Assembly: GCA_041652815.1 (NCBI GenBank)
Contig: JBAZGN010000001.1
Coordinates: 509,855-573,854, forward strand
From: Candidatus Omnitrophota bacterium
GTDB taxonomy: Bacteria > Omnitrophota > Gorgyraeia > Duberdicusellales > 4484-171
Reading direction: 5' to 3'
DNA: 64,000 bases
The translations under genes were made by a program, and so were the position numbers. The first letter of the stretch is position 1, and every line of letters starts with the position of its first letter. Below the pieces are notes generated by a model. That model saw only the letters and a list, made by a program, of their open reading frames with translations. It was not told the DNA's origin and made no database searches. This document shows positions 1 to 10,108 of the stretch, in pieces.

Positions 1-455
1 TCCGCCCGCCTGTGCATCAGAAAAGTGTACTGATATTTATATTTAGCGCGATTTTACTTGTTGGTTTGGGCCTTTTGTCTAACTTCAGGCAGTATATAAA
101 TCTTTTAGGAGTGAAAGCCCCGCAGGAATTGTATGAATATTTTCAAATTTGTATTTTTTTTATTTCTATAAGTCTTGCTTACATGGTTACATATTCTGCG
201 CTTGAAGCGGATAGCCCATCCCTCGTTATGATTATGACTATAGCGAATTCGGGAAACGAAGGGTTAACGCAAAAAAATTTTGAAAAAAAAATAAATAATG
301 ATAGTTTAATAATGCCAAGATTAAAAGATATTTTAAGTGAAAAATTAGCATATCTTGACGGCGATATATATAAACTCACTTCTAAAGGACACATTATCGC
401 GCGCATATTTATAACTTACAGAAAGATAGTAAAGAGAGAAAGAAAGGGCGGATAA
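1..455 (+). CDS. Hypothetical membrane-anchored protein with a C-terminal winged-helix-like segment; probably 5'-truncated by the window edge (frame open from nt 3; the ORF track begins it at a GTG at 12)
   Basis: The reading frame is open to the window edge. The N-terminal part is hydrophobic. The C-terminal stretch GLTQKNFEKK...RLKDILSEKLAYLDGDIYKLTSKG is paralogous to the C-terminus of the next ORF. Confidence 0.35.
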   Translation, partial: RPPVHQKSVLIFIFSAILLVGLGLLSNFRQYINLLGVKAPQELYEYFQICIFFISISLAYMVTYSALEADSPSLVMIMTIANSGNEGLTQKNFEKKINNDSLIMPRLKDILSEKLAYLDGDIYKLTSKGHIIARIFITYRKIVKRERKGG

Positions 456-980
456 ATGATGTACTTACATGTATTTTCACCCATTGGTGCATTATGTATA
501 AATGTGTTAGCCCAGGTATGTTATTGCCGCTTTATTTCAAATAAACACCTGCTTAAATCTCTTTTTTTTGGTTTTTTCTGCGGAATATCGGGGTTAATTC
601 TTGCTGAGGTTTGGTATGCGGGGAAATCTTCATTAGCTGTTTTTCAAAATGTTCCTCTCATACTTATAAATATATCCAGTTATTGCGCCCTTGGTTATTG
701 CTATTTTCATTTTGTAAATTTAAGTGAGACAGCACGTAGAATAAGGATAATAAGTGAATTGGAAAATGCAAAGGCCGGTCTTTCGGCGCAAGAAATTTTA
801 GAACGCTATAATGCGCAGGAAATAATAGAAAAAAGATTAGGCAGGCTTTTGAAAAGTAATCAGGTAATCTGCACCAACGGCCGATATTATGTAGGTAAGC
901 CTTTCATGCTATTTGCGTCAAAGGTTGTTGTTTTCTTAAAATTATTTATATTGGGCAAAAAAAGCGAATTTGATGAGTAG
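456..980 (+). CDS. Hypothetical membrane protein with a C-terminal winged-helix-like motif (paralog of the upstream ORF)
   Basis: ATG at 456 abuts the upstream stop. Four hydrophobic segments precede GLSAQEILERYNAQEIIEKRLGRLLKSNQVICTNGRYYV, which matches the pattern G-L-[ST]-x3-[FI]...R-L-x2-[IL]-L...G-x-Y seen in ORF 1. Confidence 0.4.
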   Translation: MMYLHVFSPIGALCINVLAQVCYCRFISNKHLLKSLFFGFFCGISGLILAEVWYAGKSSLAVFQNVPLILINISSYCALGYCYFHFVNLSETARRIRIISELENAKAGLSAQEILERYNAQEIIEKRLGRLLKSNQVICTNGRYYVGKPFMLFASKVVVFLKLFILGKKSEFDE

Positions 981-3450
981 CATATTTTCCAATAACATTA
1001 AAAAATTTTCAAAAAAAACAGAATATCTGATACCTTTGTTATTCTATATTATTTTTGCTTTATTTTTCTTTAGGGATATTTTTTCAAAATTATATGTAGC
1101 GCAAATAGGAGATAGCTATTTTAGTTTTTACAGTTGGAATACATTTTTCAGGGATTATATAACTAAAGGCATTTTTCCTTTTTGGAATCCGCTAACTCTT
1201 TGCGGGCACCCGTTTCATTTAGAATCAGTCAGTAATTTTAGCTTCTCTAACCTACTGCTTAGCTTTTTAGACGTTAACGCCGCATGGAATCTAAAAGTGT
1301 TTTTATCGAGCGTGTTGTCCGGATTTTTTATGTTTATATTGCTCAGGCGCCAATTTGGGCTCTCTTTGGCCGCTTCTTTTATCGGCGGCCTTATTTTTAT
1401 GTTTTTAGTTTCTGACACGGAAGATAATCCGTTATATTTCTTGCCCTTGATATTATTCTTTTCAAACAAATGGCTTAATACAAAAAAGTTTTTATGGGTA
1501 TTTGTAGCCGGGCTATCTTTAGCCGTATATTTTTTAAACGCAAATCCTCACTTTGTATTGTATTATTGTTTTTTTCTTTATTTATATATCTTTTTTAATT
1601 TAATTTTTCAAAAAAAATATGGCGGCATAAAAAACATTTTGTTTTGCAGCATAAAGGCATCTGCGCCTTTTCTAATTTTTGCGTCTTTATCCCTCTTTCG
1701 TACATTGCCGATGTATGAATTATCTCAACTTTCTCATAGAGATACTATGGTAAGTATTTGCTATATGTTTTTTCCGGCAGACTTGATAAATTTCATATAC
1801 CCCAAGTTTTACTTAAGTTCCCTGCGTCCCGACCTTTATTTTATCCCGCAAAGAATATTTCACGGACTATCTTCATTTCTCTTTGGAAAAGGAAAGGTGG
1901 ACTTTATATCGTCACCCTATATGGGGATATTACCGCTCATCCTGATACTTGCCGCTATTTTTAAAAAAAATAAAAGCTATATAGAGAAATTTTTTATATA
2001 CTGCGCCGCCACCGTAATATTGTATGTTATTTTTAATCCTTTATTGCACAGTATTACGCAGCGGCTTCCTTTGCTTAAGAACTTCCCTTTTATCGGCAGA
2101 AGTTATTCTATCTATTACTTTAGTATGGCTATTTTAGCAAGTTTTGGAATCGAAAGCTTATTCTCGCGCGAGAGCCTTAATTTAAAAGCAGTTAAAAAGA
2201 TATTATTTTATCTTTTATTGTTCCTGATCTCTATGGTGCTTTTTAAAATAATTATATACATAACTTTAATCATCTTTGACAAGCAAATATCATTGTTTTT
2301 ATCAGAAAAGATTTTACCGCGGATGTTAAGGCAGGAGTTTTATGGCGCATCAGCAGGCTTTTATTCTATGCGTTTTGGGCAACTATTGGATTTTTTAAAA
2401 TCATGGACATCACCTGGAAATACATATTTTCTTTTCCCTTCGCTTTTTCTCACCCTTTCTTTAGCCGCAATATATCTTTTCATCAAAAATAAAATATCCA
2501 GAAACTTATTCTTCGGCCTCGCGGCTATAATAATATTTTTAGATATTCTATTTCATCTGGGCATTCCGGCGATTTCCTATAAAGAATTAGTTCCGCCATA
2601 CAAGTCAGCCGAATATATCAAAGAACAAGAAGGGATTTTCAGGGTAATGCCTGTTTTGCAAAACTACGATGTTCGAAACCCGACACCCAAAGATGAAAGG
2701 ACATTTTTACGCCCGGAAACAAATCTTTTGTATGATATCGCTACCCCCGAAGGTTATCGTTCGTTGATTCTTTACAGATACGCTCAAGTTATGGGTTTAT
2801 TGACCTATAAGTCTCCAAAAGATTTAAAAGCAAGATTATGTGAGTTTGACAGGATAAATGATAGAATTGCAGATTTTCTTAATATAAAATATATTGTCAC
2901 TTTTCCAAAAAATGAGGAATTCAAAAATGGCTATGATATAGTTTATCAGGATAATATTCATAAAATATTATTAAACAAAAATGTACTTTCACGCGCATTT
3001 TTGGTGCATAATGTAAAAATTATGAAACAAAGAGAAGAGATATTAAAAGGATTAGGTTCAAACTTTGATTTTTCAAAATCAGTTATATTGGAGGAAAATC
3101 CAGTAAGTTTTAAGTCACATAACGAAAAAGTCTACGATTCAAAAGTTTTTATAGAAAAATACGAGCCTAATAACATAAGTATATCAGTTGATAATCCGAA
3201 AGAGGGTTTTCTGGTTTTACTGGATTGCTATTATCCCGGTTGGAAAGCATTCATTAACGATATGCCTGTAAAAGTTTTTATAGCAGACTATATCTTTAGG
3301 GCCGTGAGAGTTCCACAAGGTAGGCATATAGTAAAATTTGAATATGAACCAAGGATGTTTAAGATAGGTTTAGCAATAAGTTTAGTTTTTTTTGTTTTCT
3401 ATATCGGCCTATGCTTCTTTATGAATAAAAAAATAAATGGAAAAGGCTGA
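973..3450 (+). CDS. YfhO-family GT-C membrane glycosyltransferase
   Basis: 826 aa with many transmembrane helices and the characteristic YfhO C-terminus (DCYYPGWKAFINDMPVKV...HIVKFEYEP). ATG at 973 overlaps the upstream stop (ATGAGTAG); the track's 970 start is a TTG. Confidence 0.75.
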   Translation: MSSIFSNNIKKFSKKTEYLIPLLFYIIFALFFFRDIFSKLYVAQIGDSYFSFYSWNTFFRDYITKGIFPFWNPLTLCGHPFHLESVSNFSFSNLLLSFLDVNAAWNLKVFLSSVLSGFFMFILLRRQFGLSLAASFIGGLIFMFLVSDTEDNPLYFLPLILFFSNKWLNTKKFLWVFVAGLSLAVYFLNANPHFVLYYCFFLYLYIFFNLIFQKKYGGIKNILFCSIKASAPFLIFASLSLFRTLPMYELSQLSHRDTMVSICYMFFPADLINFIYPKFYLSSLRPDLYFIPQRIFHGLSSFLFGKGKVDFISSPYMGILPLILILAAIFKKNKSYIEKFFIYCAATVILYVIFNPLLHSITQRLPLLKNFPFIGRSYSIYYFSMAILASFGIESLFSRESLNLKAVKKILFYLLLFLISMVLFKIIIYITLIIFDKQISLFLSEKILPRMLRQEFYGASAGFYSMRFGQLLDFLKSWTSPGNTYFLFPSLFLTLSLAAIYLFIKNKISRNLFFGLAAIIIFLDILFHLGIPAISYKELVPPYKSAEYIKEQEGIFRVMPVLQNYDVRNPTPKDERTFLRPETNLLYDIATPEGYRSLILYRYAQVMGLLTYKSPKDLKARLCEFDRINDRIADFLNIKYIVTFPKNEEFKNGYDIVYQDNIHKILLNKNVLSRAFLVHNVKIMKQREEILKGLGSNFDFSKSVILEENPVSFKSHNEKVYDSKVFIEKYEPNNISISVDNPKEGFLVLLDCYYPGWKAFINDMPVKVFIADYIFRAVRVPQGRHIVKFEYEPRMFKIGLAISLVFFVFYIGLCFFMNKKINGKG

Positions 3451-3595
3451 TATAACGATAATCGGCTCAGGCGTTGTAGGTTTATCTGAAGCCGCGCGCA
3501 TTTCAAAATCTAACTACATCTTATATGTTCCTGAAAAAAATCATTATTTTGGCGGAGAAACAAGTTCAAGAAACAAAGAAACTATTAAAACATAA
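3437..3595 (+). pseudogene. 52-codon remnant duplicating the N-terminal FAD-binding (GxGxxG) segment of the downstream oxidoreductase
   Basis: Translation MEKADITIIGSGVVGLSEAARISKSNYILYVPEKNHYFGGETSSRNKETIKT* aligns residue-for-residue with MEKVDVVIVGAGIVGLTIGARLAKAGRSLYVIERHDSFGQEISSRNSEVI of the 3746 gene. It is absent from the ORF track because it is under 60 aa. Confidence 0.55.
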
Positions 3596-3745
3596 GGTAA
3601 TTTTGCTCCTTGGAAAATTTTGTATATTCAATCTACAACCTGATTTTTATAAGCCGTTGCTAAATAATAGTCTATGTAAAAATCGCTATTAATACAACTT
3701 ATATTGAAATTAGCCTTAGCATTTAATAAGGTTTGTCTTTAGGGT

Positions 3746-4888
3746 ATGGAAAAAGTTGATGTAGTTATTGTTGGCGCAGGAATAGTTGGTTTGACGATTG
3801 GCGCAAGGCTTGCCAAAGCCGGCCGTTCTTTATATGTCATTGAGCGCCACGATTCTTTTGGCCAAGAGATAAGTTCGCGAAACAGCGAAGTCATACATGC
3901 CGGTATTTACTACCCCAGCGGTTCGCTAAAAGCGCGGTTGTGCGTTGAAGGCAATAAGATGCTTTATGAAATTTGCTCTAAAAATGCTATTGGCCATAGG
4001 CGCGTAGAAAAATTAATCGTGGCTACAAACGTTAAAGAAGAAGAAAAAGATTTGCCGAAACTTTTAGAAAATGGCAAAAGAAACGGCGTGCTTGGATTAA
4101 AAATTATTACTAAGTCTGAGGTAGCGAAGATCGAACCAAACATAGAAGCCCGCGCAGCTTTGTATTCTTCTAGCACAGGGATAATTGATACACATAACCT
4201 AATGAAGTATTTCGAGTATAAGTTAAAAGAAAATAAAGGTGAAGTTACTTATAATTGTAACGTAGTGGGTTTACGTAAATTGCCTGATGGCTATGAGGTG
4301 ACAGTAAAAGATACATCCGGAGATATTTTTAACTTCCATTCCCAAATTGTAATTAATAGTGCTGGTTTGGAGTCGGATAGCATTGCGCAGATGGCAGGCA
4401 TAGATACTAAAAAGCAAAATTATTGTTTAAAATATTGTAAGGGCCAATATTTTAGAGTTACGAATTCTCGAAAGCACGCTCTAGTTAATAGGCTCATTTA
4501 CCCTGTTCCACATGAGAGGGCAAGTGGCCTTGGGGTGCATGCGACAAAAGACTTAGCCGGAGGATTGCGTTTAGGACCGGACGCCTATTATGTCGATAGA
4601 AACAAATTTGACTATGAAGTTGATATATCTAAGCGCAAGGCTTTCTGCGGCGCTGCTTTAAAATTTCTCCCTTTTTTAGAAGAAGAAGATTTAATTCCCG
4701 ATACAGCCGGAATGAGGCCAAAACTTCAGGGAGAAAATGAAGATTTTCGTGACTTTGTAATTAAAGAAGAAAACTGTATAGGTTTTCCCGGATTTATAAA
4801 TCTTATCGGTATAGAGTCCCCGGGCCTTACCGGTTCCCCGGCAATAGCGGAATATGTGGAGGGCCTTATAAAACCAATTTTATCGTAA
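3746..4888 (+). CDS. FAD-dependent oxidoreductase (L-2-hydroxyglutarate oxidase / glycerol-3-phosphate dehydrogenase-like DAO family)
   Basis: N-terminal VVIVGAGIVGL Rossmann motif followed by SRNSEVIHAGIYY; length 380 aa. Confidence 0.7.
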   Translation: MEKVDVVIVGAGIVGLTIGARLAKAGRSLYVIERHDSFGQEISSRNSEVIHAGIYYPSGSLKARLCVEGNKMLYEICSKNAIGHRRVEKLIVATNVKEEEKDLPKLLENGKRNGVLGLKIITKSEVAKIEPNIEARAALYSSSTGIIDTHNLMKYFEYKLKENKGEVTYNCNVVGLRKLPDGYEVTVKDTSGDIFNFHSQIVINSAGLESDSIAQMAGIDTKKQNYCLKYCKGQYFRVTNSRKHALVNRLIYPVPHERASGLGVHATKDLAGGLRLGPDAYYVDRNKFDYEVDISKRKAFCGAALKFLPFLEEEDLIPDTAGMRPKLQGENEDFRDFVIKEENCIGFPGFINLIGIESPGLTGSPAIAEYVEGLIKPILS

Positions 4889-4911
4889 AATTAAGGATTA
4901 TTTTAGGAAAA

Positions 4912-5652
4912 TCAAGAATTAAATTGGCGTTTTTGGAATCTTATTTTAAATAGGCTTATAAAAGACTTTATTCCATCACGCAGGGGTTTTACTTTTGAGG
5001 TTTCCCTTTTGTCTTGCCAGCGCACTGGAACTTCTTTTATTTTAAAACCATACTTAGAAATAAGATAAATAAGTTCGCTATCAAAACTCCAATCTTTTCT
5101 GGTAAGTTGAGAAAAAAGTTTTTTTGCTACGCCTTCCTTATAAAGCTTAAAACCGCAATTATAATCTTTTACATTTGTACCTAAAATCATTCGGGAAAGC
5201 AGTATATAGGTATTACCCATAATGATTCTATGAAATGGTTGATATTCCTCAATCACTGCTCCGGGAATTCTACGCGAAGCAATAGCTATATCGTACCCAT
5301 CAAATATCGCCGCCAGCAGCCTATCTATTTGATTAATTCGCGTTGAGTTGTCAGCGTCCATAAATAGCACAAATTCACCTTGTGCTGCCTGAACCCCTTC
5401 TTTTACAGAATACCCTTTACCGCGATTAGGCGAATGTTTTAACAATGTGAAATGCTCAAAAATTTTACCTTCTAAAACTGCGAATTCTGCGGTTTTGTCA
5501 GTTGAGCCATCATCTACCATTATAATTTCATAAGTGTAATTTTTAGTTTTAAGATACTGGGCAATATCTAAAAGTGTGGAGGAAATGTTAACCTCTTCAT
5601 TGTATACAGGGATTACTATTGATAGGTAAATATTTTTATTTGATTCTATCAT
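4912..5652 (-). CDS. GT2 polyprenol-phosphate sugar synthase (DPM1/GtrB/CsbB-like)
   Basis: LSIVIPVYNEE...IMVDDGSTDKT...FMDADNS motifs and a GtrB-like C-terminal domain. This is the only minus-strand gene in the first 57 kb. Confidence 0.75.
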   Translation of the reverse strand: MIESNKNIYLSIVIPVYNEEVNISSTLLDIAQYLKTKNYTYEIIMVDDGSTDKTAEFAVLEGKIFEHFTLLKHSPNRGKGYSVKEGVQAAQGEFVLFMDADNSTRINQIDRLLAAIFDGYDIAIASRRIPGAVIEEYQPFHRIIMGNTYILLSRMILGTNVKDYNCGFKLYKEGVAKKLFSQLTRKDWSFDSELIYLISKYGFKIKEVPVRWQDKRETSKVKPLRDGIKSFISLFKIRFQKRQFNS

Positions 5653-6216
5653 AATTATTTATTATAACACAATATTTCTATTGTTAAATGTAGAAATTCT
5701 CAGATTGATCATCTATTTAAAATATGCTAATATTTTATCGTACTTTTTCATTTTTAACCCAGAAAATGCAATTGTATTTTCTGGGTTAAAGGCCGCCTCT
5801 AAACTTTCCTTGAAAAATTTAGATAACGGCGGGGTATACCGAAAAAATGCTCCGTACCAAATGGTACACTGTGGTTTATGCCTAACGAAATGCAGTACCG
5901 GCGGCGAGTGAAACTTTTTGATTACCCAACAAGGTGTTCTGCTGGACCATTAACTGCCTGCCTGACGGCGCGCGGGCATTCTTTCGGTTAATATGGTAAG
6001 AGCGTTCTTATCTGCGTAAAAAAACTACATACGCATATTTTTCCTTATATGGGTAATAGAATCTGGATTTGATGTAGAAATGCTTTACCTTGTCCCAAAA
6101 AAGCTATAAAATAAAAGAAGTACCAATGGTTTGATTAGATTCTCCCACTAGCAGAGGAAGCCCCATACAGAATTCGTATAAGATGTTTCTATGCCTTTTA
6201 TCTATAAAGCAATCAC

Positions 6217-7932
6217 ATGACAAAGATTAATAAGGTAAAGTTTTGTTTAATCTTTATTATCGGTCTTGGCTTTTTATTGAGGGTGTGGGGAATAAATTTT
6301 GGACTGCCTTATCAGTCTCATCAGGATGAGCCAATAATAGTAAATCACGCGCTTGCTTATGGTTCTGGAGATTTTAATCCCCACTTCTTTATCATCCCGC
6401 CCCTTACTTCCTACATATTATTCTTTTTCTATGGCGTTTATTTTGTTATCCTGAAAATATTTGGCGTTGTTGCCAACACAGAAGTATTTGCTATAAGTTT
6501 TTTTAGAAATCCTACTCCTTTTTATGTAATAGGAAGAATTGTAATTGGAGTTGTACCTAGCATCTGCAACGTGTATTTGACATATAGGTTGGCGCGTATA
6601 TTTTTTTCAGAAAAAGTAGCGCTTTGTGCAGCATCGATAATGGCTATAAGCTTTATCAATACCGTTAATGCGCACTATATTTATACAGATAACCTTCTGG
6701 TGTTTTGGGTACTGCTTGCATATATTAAGATGGCGTCTCTTATAAAACAGGCCAACAGGAAAAACTATGCAATGTCTGCCATATTTATAGCTTTAGCAGC
6801 AGCTACTAAGTATAATGCTATTTTGCTATTGGTGCCTTTTTTGTATACACACTTTTATGTTTCCAAGAAAAATATTGCAGGGAAATTATTTAATCTAAAC
6901 TTAGCCATGGCTTCCGGTGTTATTATTGCAACATTTCTTCTTGCAAATCCTTTTGCTTTCTTGGACTGGAAGTTCTTTTTGTATTCGGTTACCACGCGTA
7001 TTCGCCATGGTTATATAGGATGGGGCCATCACCTTACGTATTCTTTATTTGAAGGGATAGGTGGTTTCATGACACTCTTGGCAATAGCAGGTTTATGTTT
7101 GATGCTTATACGAAAATATAAAATAGCCTTATTTCTTGTCTTATTCCCTTTTTGTTTTTATATCCACCTCGCCTACGCAAGCCAACCATTCTCAAGATAT
7201 GTTTTAGTTTTAATACCTTTTTTAGCTATAGGTTTAGGATACATTCTTTTTGATTTTTTCTCTAAATGGCCCAGGCCTAAACTTCTTCAAACACTATGTT
7301 TTATTATTTCTGTAATTGTTATGTTGCCCACAGTAATAAAGTCTATTAAGGCTGACATGCTTTTTGCAAGCGAAGACACGCGTCTGTCCGCAGCACATTG
7401 GATAGAGCAGCACATTCCTGTTTCTTCCCGAATACTCTTTGACAATACTTCTTTTATGCCGCAATTAAGCCAAACCACCAAGCAGCTTCAAGAAAAACAA
7501 ACAATAATTGATAAACAGCCGGAACTTAAAATGCTAAAAAATAAAAAATTAGATTTTCAGATTAAAGCATTTAAAGGAAATAAAACTTATGAGATTTATT
7601 ATCTCGGAGATGAGGCTAAGGGCGCCGGGCAATTCTTAAATCTTTGGCCAATAATCACCGGCGACGCAGAAAACTTAGAGAAATATAAGATAGAATATAT
7701 TGTTTTTAATAATATGACCGGCTCTGATAAGGCAAAAGCGCTGCATAAAGTTATTTACTCCAGGCACAAGCCTGTAGCGATATTTAATCCGTATAAAGAT
7801 AGTCAGTTTCGTAGCTCATATGATATGGTGGATGAGACTTGTTTACCGGTCAAAGATAAAGAGCTTTTTTCAAGAACAAAATCCGGGCCATATATAATTA
7901 TATATAAGATAAGACAAGATGAGATTATTTAA
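6217..7932 (+). CDS. GT39/GT83 (PMT/ArnT-like) GT-C membrane glycosyltransferase
   Basis: N-terminal RVWGINFGLPYQSHQDEP motif, about 11 transmembrane helices, and a large C-terminal periplasmic domain. Confidence 0.65.
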   Translation: MTKINKVKFCLIFIIGLGFLLRVWGINFGLPYQSHQDEPIIVNHALAYGSGDFNPHFFIIPPLTSYILFFFYGVYFVILKIFGVVANTEVFAISFFRNPTPFYVIGRIVIGVVPSICNVYLTYRLARIFFSEKVALCAASIMAISFINTVNAHYIYTDNLLVFWVLLAYIKMASLIKQANRKNYAMSAIFIALAAATKYNAILLLVPFLYTHFYVSKKNIAGKLFNLNLAMASGVIIATFLLANPFAFLDWKFFLYSVTTRIRHGYIGWGHHLTYSLFEGIGGFMTLLAIAGLCLMLIRKYKIALFLVLFPFCFYIHLAYASQPFSRYVLVLIPFLAIGLGYILFDFFSKWPRPKLLQTLCFIISVIVMLPTVIKSIKADMLFASEDTRLSAAHWIEQHIPVSSRILFDNTSFMPQLSQTTKQLQEKQTIIDKQPELKMLKNKKLDFQIKAFKGNKTYEIYYLGDEAKGAGQFLNLWPIITGDAENLEKYKIEYIVFNNMTGSDKAKALHKVIYSRHKPVAIFNPYKDSQFRSSYDMVDETCLPVKDKELFSRTKSGPYIIIYKIRQDEII

Positions 7933-10108
7933 AAAACATTCAGGATTTATTTTAGGATTCTTGGCCACTATACTGCTATTTCTTTATCCTTTAATATTTA
8001 TGCGTTCCAGCTTCTTAAATGGAGATAACTTTGTCCAATTTTTTCCTTGGTTTAAAATTTATAGCGAATCACTTAAAAACTTTAATTTTCCGTATTGGAT
8101 AGGATATATGCAAAGCGGTTTTCCCCTGATGGCAGAAGGGCAAATAGGTGGTTTTTACCCTTTAAACATATTTATGTTCTTTTTCTTACCGTTTAAGGCG
8201 GCATATAACTACTCTATTATTTTACACTTTATATTGGGCGGTGTTTTTACTTACTTATACGTACGCAAAATTGGAGCAGATCAGATAGGCGGTTATCTTG
8301 CCAGCTTACTTTTTTGTTTCTCAAGTTCTTATGGGGGTTGTTTTTATAACATAATAACGTTAAGAACTTTAGCATGGTTTCCTCTAAATCTATTTCTATT
8401 TGAATTATTTTTTGAAAAACAAAAAGTAAAATATGTTTTATTTGCCGGCATTATTTTGGGTTTGCAGTTTTTGGCCGGATTCATTCAGATGGCGGCATAC
8501 AGCGCCTTATTCTATGTACTATATTTTGTATACAGAGCAATTTCGGAAAAATTATCTTTAAAGAAAATATTTTTTTCACTTTTATTTTTCTGCGCGGTAT
8601 CTCTCCTTATTTTCTTGCCACAGTTTTTTCTTACATATCAATTGGCGAAGTTTTCTAACCGCGGAATCGTAAACTTAGGATTTGCGCTCTGGGGTTCTTT
8701 TTCTCCGGTAGGCATATTAGGGCTTATTTTTCCATTTACTTCTTTGGCATTTTTAATGAGAAACGAGTTTTATGTGGGAATTTTTAGCATTTTTTTTATA
8801 ATATTTAATTTTTATAACTTTAGATACAAAACCCCCCTGGGGGCGGTATTCTTTATATTCCTATTTTCGTTATTTCTATCTTTAGGAGGTTATAACCCGC
8901 TATATGTTTTGATATTAAAGCTCACTAAGTTTTATGTTTTTAGGAATCCATCAAAATTTTTATTTTTCAGCACATTTGCATTATCTATTCTATCTGGCTG
9001 CGGTTTTACAAAGTTTTTTAAAACGAAAGAAAATGAGAATAAACAAAGAGCTTTTTCTGCTTTTAACAAAATACTTTTATTTTCCGGCGCTATATTCCTG
9101 TCGATGAAATTATTGCTACACCTTTTTAAGGGCGAAATTATTAGCGCCGGTAATTGGTATGTCAAAAATTTTATATATCAAATGCCGCATCATCGTCACG
9201 GCATTGAGTATTATTTAAAAGAGGTTGAGCTGATTTACAATAAGCTTGTGATTAGTTTTTCCTTTTCCAGCATATTCGTAAAAATATCATGGATTTTTGT
9301 CATCGCCGGTTTATTAATGCTGCCTATTTTATGCAAAAATAGGTTAAAAAAAATTATAGTTGCATTAATTATTTTAGATCTGTTTATATTTAGTTTTTAT
9401 GGCATAGGCCTTAGGAATAATATTGGGCCATTTTCTAATTTAATGCCTCACAACCCGGAAATTTTCGAAATTTTAAAGAACGATAAAGAATTTTTTAGAA
9501 TTATGCCGTTTGATATAAAATCAGAAAAATTACCCAACTGGACCTTCCCAAACGCAAATATAATATATGATATTGACAGTGTTGCTTGTTATACGCCCCT
9601 TGCTTTTAAACATTATCGTGACGCGGCCTTAGAGCTGGAGATCGTTGATGATTCATTAGGGCTTAATTCTCCCAAAGAAGACGCTATATTAAAAAAATAT
9701 AATTTATTAAGATTGCTCAATGTTAAATATGTTATAACTTATCGAAAATTAAATTATGATTTTTTAGAAATAGTTAAAGCGAAAAACGACACCTTTCTTT
9801 ATAAAATGAAAGATTACCTCGGGAGAGTATTCTTCGTTGAAAGTATTGATAGAGATATAAAGTTGCAACCGACTAGAAATTTAGAATTGCTGAAATATGC
9901 CCACGGTTTCGCTAAGATAGATATCAAAACAGACAAGGCGGGTTTTTTGGTTTTCTCGGAGAATTTTTATCCCGGGTGGAGCGTTTATGTTGATGGACAG
10001 AAACGGGAGCTTCTTAAGGCCTGGGGTTTGATTCAGGCAGTAGCTATAGATAAAGGAAAACACACAGTGATTTTTAAATATCAACCAAACTTTTTTAGCA
10101 AAAGATGA
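7919..10108 (+). CDS. YfhO-family GT-C membrane glycosyltransferase (second paralog)
   Basis: 729-aa polytopic protein with C-terminus FYPGWSVYVDGQKREL...HTVIFKYQP. Overlaps the upstream gene by 14 nt. Confidence 0.75.
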   Translation: MRLFKKHSGFILGFLATILLFLYPLIFMRSSFLNGDNFVQFFPWFKIYSESLKNFNFPYWIGYMQSGFPLMAEGQIGGFYPLNIFMFFFLPFKAAYNYSIILHFILGGVFTYLYVRKIGADQIGGYLASLLFCFSSSYGGCFYNIITLRTLAWFPLNLFLFELFFEKQKVKYVLFAGIILGLQFLAGFIQMAAYSALFYVLYFVYRAISEKLSLKKIFFSLLFFCAVSLLIFLPQFFLTYQLAKFSNRGIVNLGFALWGSFSPVGILGLIFPFTSLAFLMRNEFYVGIFSIFFIIFNFYNFRYKTPLGAVFFIFLFSLFLSLGGYNPLYVLILKLTKFYVFRNPSKFLFFSTFALSILSGCGFTKFFKTKENENKQRAFSAFNKILLFSGAIFLSMKLLLHLFKGEIISAGNWYVKNFIYQMPHHRHGIEYYLKEVELIYNKLVISFSFSSIFVKISWIFVIAGLLMLPILCKNRLKKIIVALIILDLFIFSFYGIGLRNNIGPFSNLMPHNPEIFEILKNDKEFFRIMPFDIKSEKLPNWTFPNANIIYDIDSVACYTPLAFKHYRDAALELEIVDDSLGLNSPKEDAILKKYNLLRLLNVKYVITYRKLNYDFLEIVKAKNDTFLYKMKDYLGRVFFVESIDRDIKLQPTRNLELLKYAHGFAKIDIKTDKAGFLVFSENFYPGWSVYVDGQKRELLKAWGLIQAVAIDKGKHTVIFKYQPNFFSKR

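Noticed and set aside
179-406. Antisense ORFs inside well-supported genes (e.g. 179-406, 1215-1469, 15379-15816, 42789-43226, 49657-50124, 54890-55366, 59836-60321, all minus strand)
   Set aside because: They lie wholly within longer homology-supported genes on the opposite strand, have low-complexity composition and no RBS. Treated as frame artefacts of AT-rich DNA.
5653-6216. tRNA, tmRNA, RNase P or SRP RNA in the long intergenic region
   Set aside because: No T-loop GTTCGAATC-type motif, no tmRNA tag or 3' CCA-acceptor structure, and no RNase P P4 or SRP domain IV consensus could be found by eye. Left as an unassigned structured region.
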